Assembly (NCBI RefSeq): GCF_001194135.2
Contig: NC_068995.1
Location: forward strand, 24,974,540-25,038,539
DNA: 64,000 nucleotides
Source of the DNA: Octopus bimaculoides
Lineage: Eukaryota
Reading direction: 5' to 3'
Part shown: one piece after another, positions 62,530 through 64,000 of the stretch
How the letters are laid out: every line of letters begins with the position of its first letter
How positions within the stretch are numbered: the stretch's first letter is position 1
The notes under the pieces: model-generated
Told to the model about the DNA's origin: nothing
Database searches by the model: none
What the model saw: the letters and a program-made list of their open reading frames with translations, nothing else
Made by a program: the position numbers and the translations under genes

Positions 62530-62869
62530 ATTACGGAGATGTACTTGCATAGCAAGTGACCTGATCTGAGATCATGTGCTGGAACGAAAACAATTGCAGC
62601 GTGGAAGGTGTTTATAAACCATTTAAGAAACACACAAAAAACCGTTAGATTCACTTCAACATTTAAATTTAATTTGTGTCAAAATATTTTCATCACTTTG
62701 AGACAAAATTCTGTGCTGCATCTCAGCATAGAATTTTGTCAGTGAACAGATCGCGGTCTCAAAGTGACGAAAATATTTTGACACAAATGAAATTTAAATG
62801 TTGAAGTGAATCTAACGGTTTTTGTGTTTCTTAAATGGCTTATAAACACCTTCCACGCTGCAATTGTTT
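62530..62869. mobile_element. Foldback non-coding repeat inserted in (TA)n
   Basis: Inverted arms of about 115 bp (62588-62704 vs 62756-62869) plus an inner hairpin gacaaaattctgtgctg-catct-cagcatagaattttgtc. Confidence 0.9.
62737..62783 (+). ncRNA. Candidate type-I minimal hammerhead with G3:C8 variant core
   Basis: UGUCA-GUGAACA-GAUCGC(GGUCUCAAA)GUGAC-GAAA-AU-AU-U-U-UGACA: perfect 5-bp helix I, loopless palindromic helix III (AAUAUU), UUU cleavage triplet. Confidence 0.6.
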
Positions 62870-62884
62870 ATATATATAATTGAT

Positions 62885-63195
62885 AGAAAAGACAACAAAA
62901 GAAAGACAGAGACCTCAATGTTATGTAACCAGAGGAATTTATCTGTAAAAATATGTGACAATTATTCGGTAGCTATGATAAAATGATAAAACTCCGAGTT
63001 TCGGATGCCGGTGCGGAAACCCATGACGCCATCTCTTCAGTTATCTGGCCATTGAAAATTCCTATGAAAATGATAATTAAATAAAGAGAAATTACTGTGT
63101 GGTTGACCATTATTAAGACAAAAGAGCTATTAGAATGACCGCTAAGTAAGGGGAGGGAGTAAAAAGTCCATAGTATTCGAATAAGCGCACTAATC
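62885..63195 (-). mobile_element. (TA)n-flanked non-coding repeat carrying a hammerhead motif (PLE terminal-repeat-like)
   Basis: Non-coding segment of about 310 bp between two (TA)n tracts, with a GC-rich structured island at 62985-63045. Confidence 0.5.
62985..63045 (-). ncRNA. Candidate type-I hammerhead ribozyme
   Basis: GAUAA-CUGAAGA-GAUGGCG(UCAUGGGUUUCCGCAC)CGGCAUC-C-GAAA-CUC-G-GAG-U-U-UUAUC: 5-bp helix I, intact core, helix II with one mismatch and one extra C, helix III with a 1-nt loop, GUU triplet. Confidence 0.68.
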
Positions 63196-63248
<53 letters not shown>

Positions 63249-64000
63249 GCATACATATACATACATGTCTTGTATCTTGGGACAGTCATTATGCAAGTAA
63301 TAACAAACACGCACACACACCGGTGTGTGTATTTATTATTATTGGTATACTGACCCTTCCAAGGTACAACATGGTTTGTTTCAACACATGAAAAGACTTG
63401 CAAACCAAAACAAAGTAATACTGTATACATACACACACACACACACACATAAATATATCATTCATATATGTCAGTGGGAATAATATTCTTAAGGTCAACT
63501 TTACTCACTTGCAGCCAATTTGATGCTTTACCACTAATTCAGTTTTAACCCAATCTTAAAACGATGAACCAGTAGTAAGCTCCATTTTTACCTAGAATAA
63601 TTGAAACTTAGTTCAGTAGAAAAAATAGATATTATAAAAACTATGGGAGAGTAATGCCTGATGTTTACTTTGACTCGTAATTTCTCAGTTATTTGAAAAG
63701 CAAACTATACATTAATTATCACTTTTTAATCATATACTTTAATTATATCTTTTAAAAAGAACTTGATGAGTAGAAGCTTTTGATGGAAACCTCTTTAAAA
63801 GATATTTGATAGAAAAAATGTTATGCAGCTTTAAGTAGCAAAAAATTAGGTAACACTTAAAATTGAATTTGACTCAAAATATCTCAAGTATTTCAAAAGC
63901 AAACAATACTTTAATTATATCATTTTAAAAGAACATAATGAGTACAATCTTTTGGTGAAAACCTCGTTAAAAGATATTAGATACAAAAAAAGAAAAAAGT

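Overview
AT-rich, repeat-dominated eukaryotic genomic DNA from a gapped draft assembly. The repeat complement (tRNA-derived SINEs with microsatellite cores, RTE LINEs with (GAT)n tails, long (TA)n/(CA)n tracts) looks like an octopus/coleoid cephalopod genome; that taxon call is inference. I can support one host gene: a four-coding-exon pyroglutamyl-peptidase I (PGPEP1) on the + strand, 21953-38174, 197 aa, intact, with catalytic Glu85/Cys148/His167. The rest is mostly transposon debris. It includes RTE, Tx1/L1, CR1/L2, R4-like and Penelope-like retroelements and mariner, Tc1, pogo/Tigger, piggyBac, hAT-like and Ginger-like DNA transposons, several of them nested. The most unusual signal lies at 56.8-63.1 kb. 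Three unrelated small non-coding repeats there each carry a minimal type-I hammerhead-ribozyme fold, and they sit around a Penelope-like RT remnant. One is a head-to-head palindrome of tRNA-promoter plus hammerhead units. One is a foldback with a G3:C8 covariant core. One is a (TA)n-flanked unit. All family assignments were made by eye from motifs; no searches or folding were run, and most repeat boundaries are approximate.
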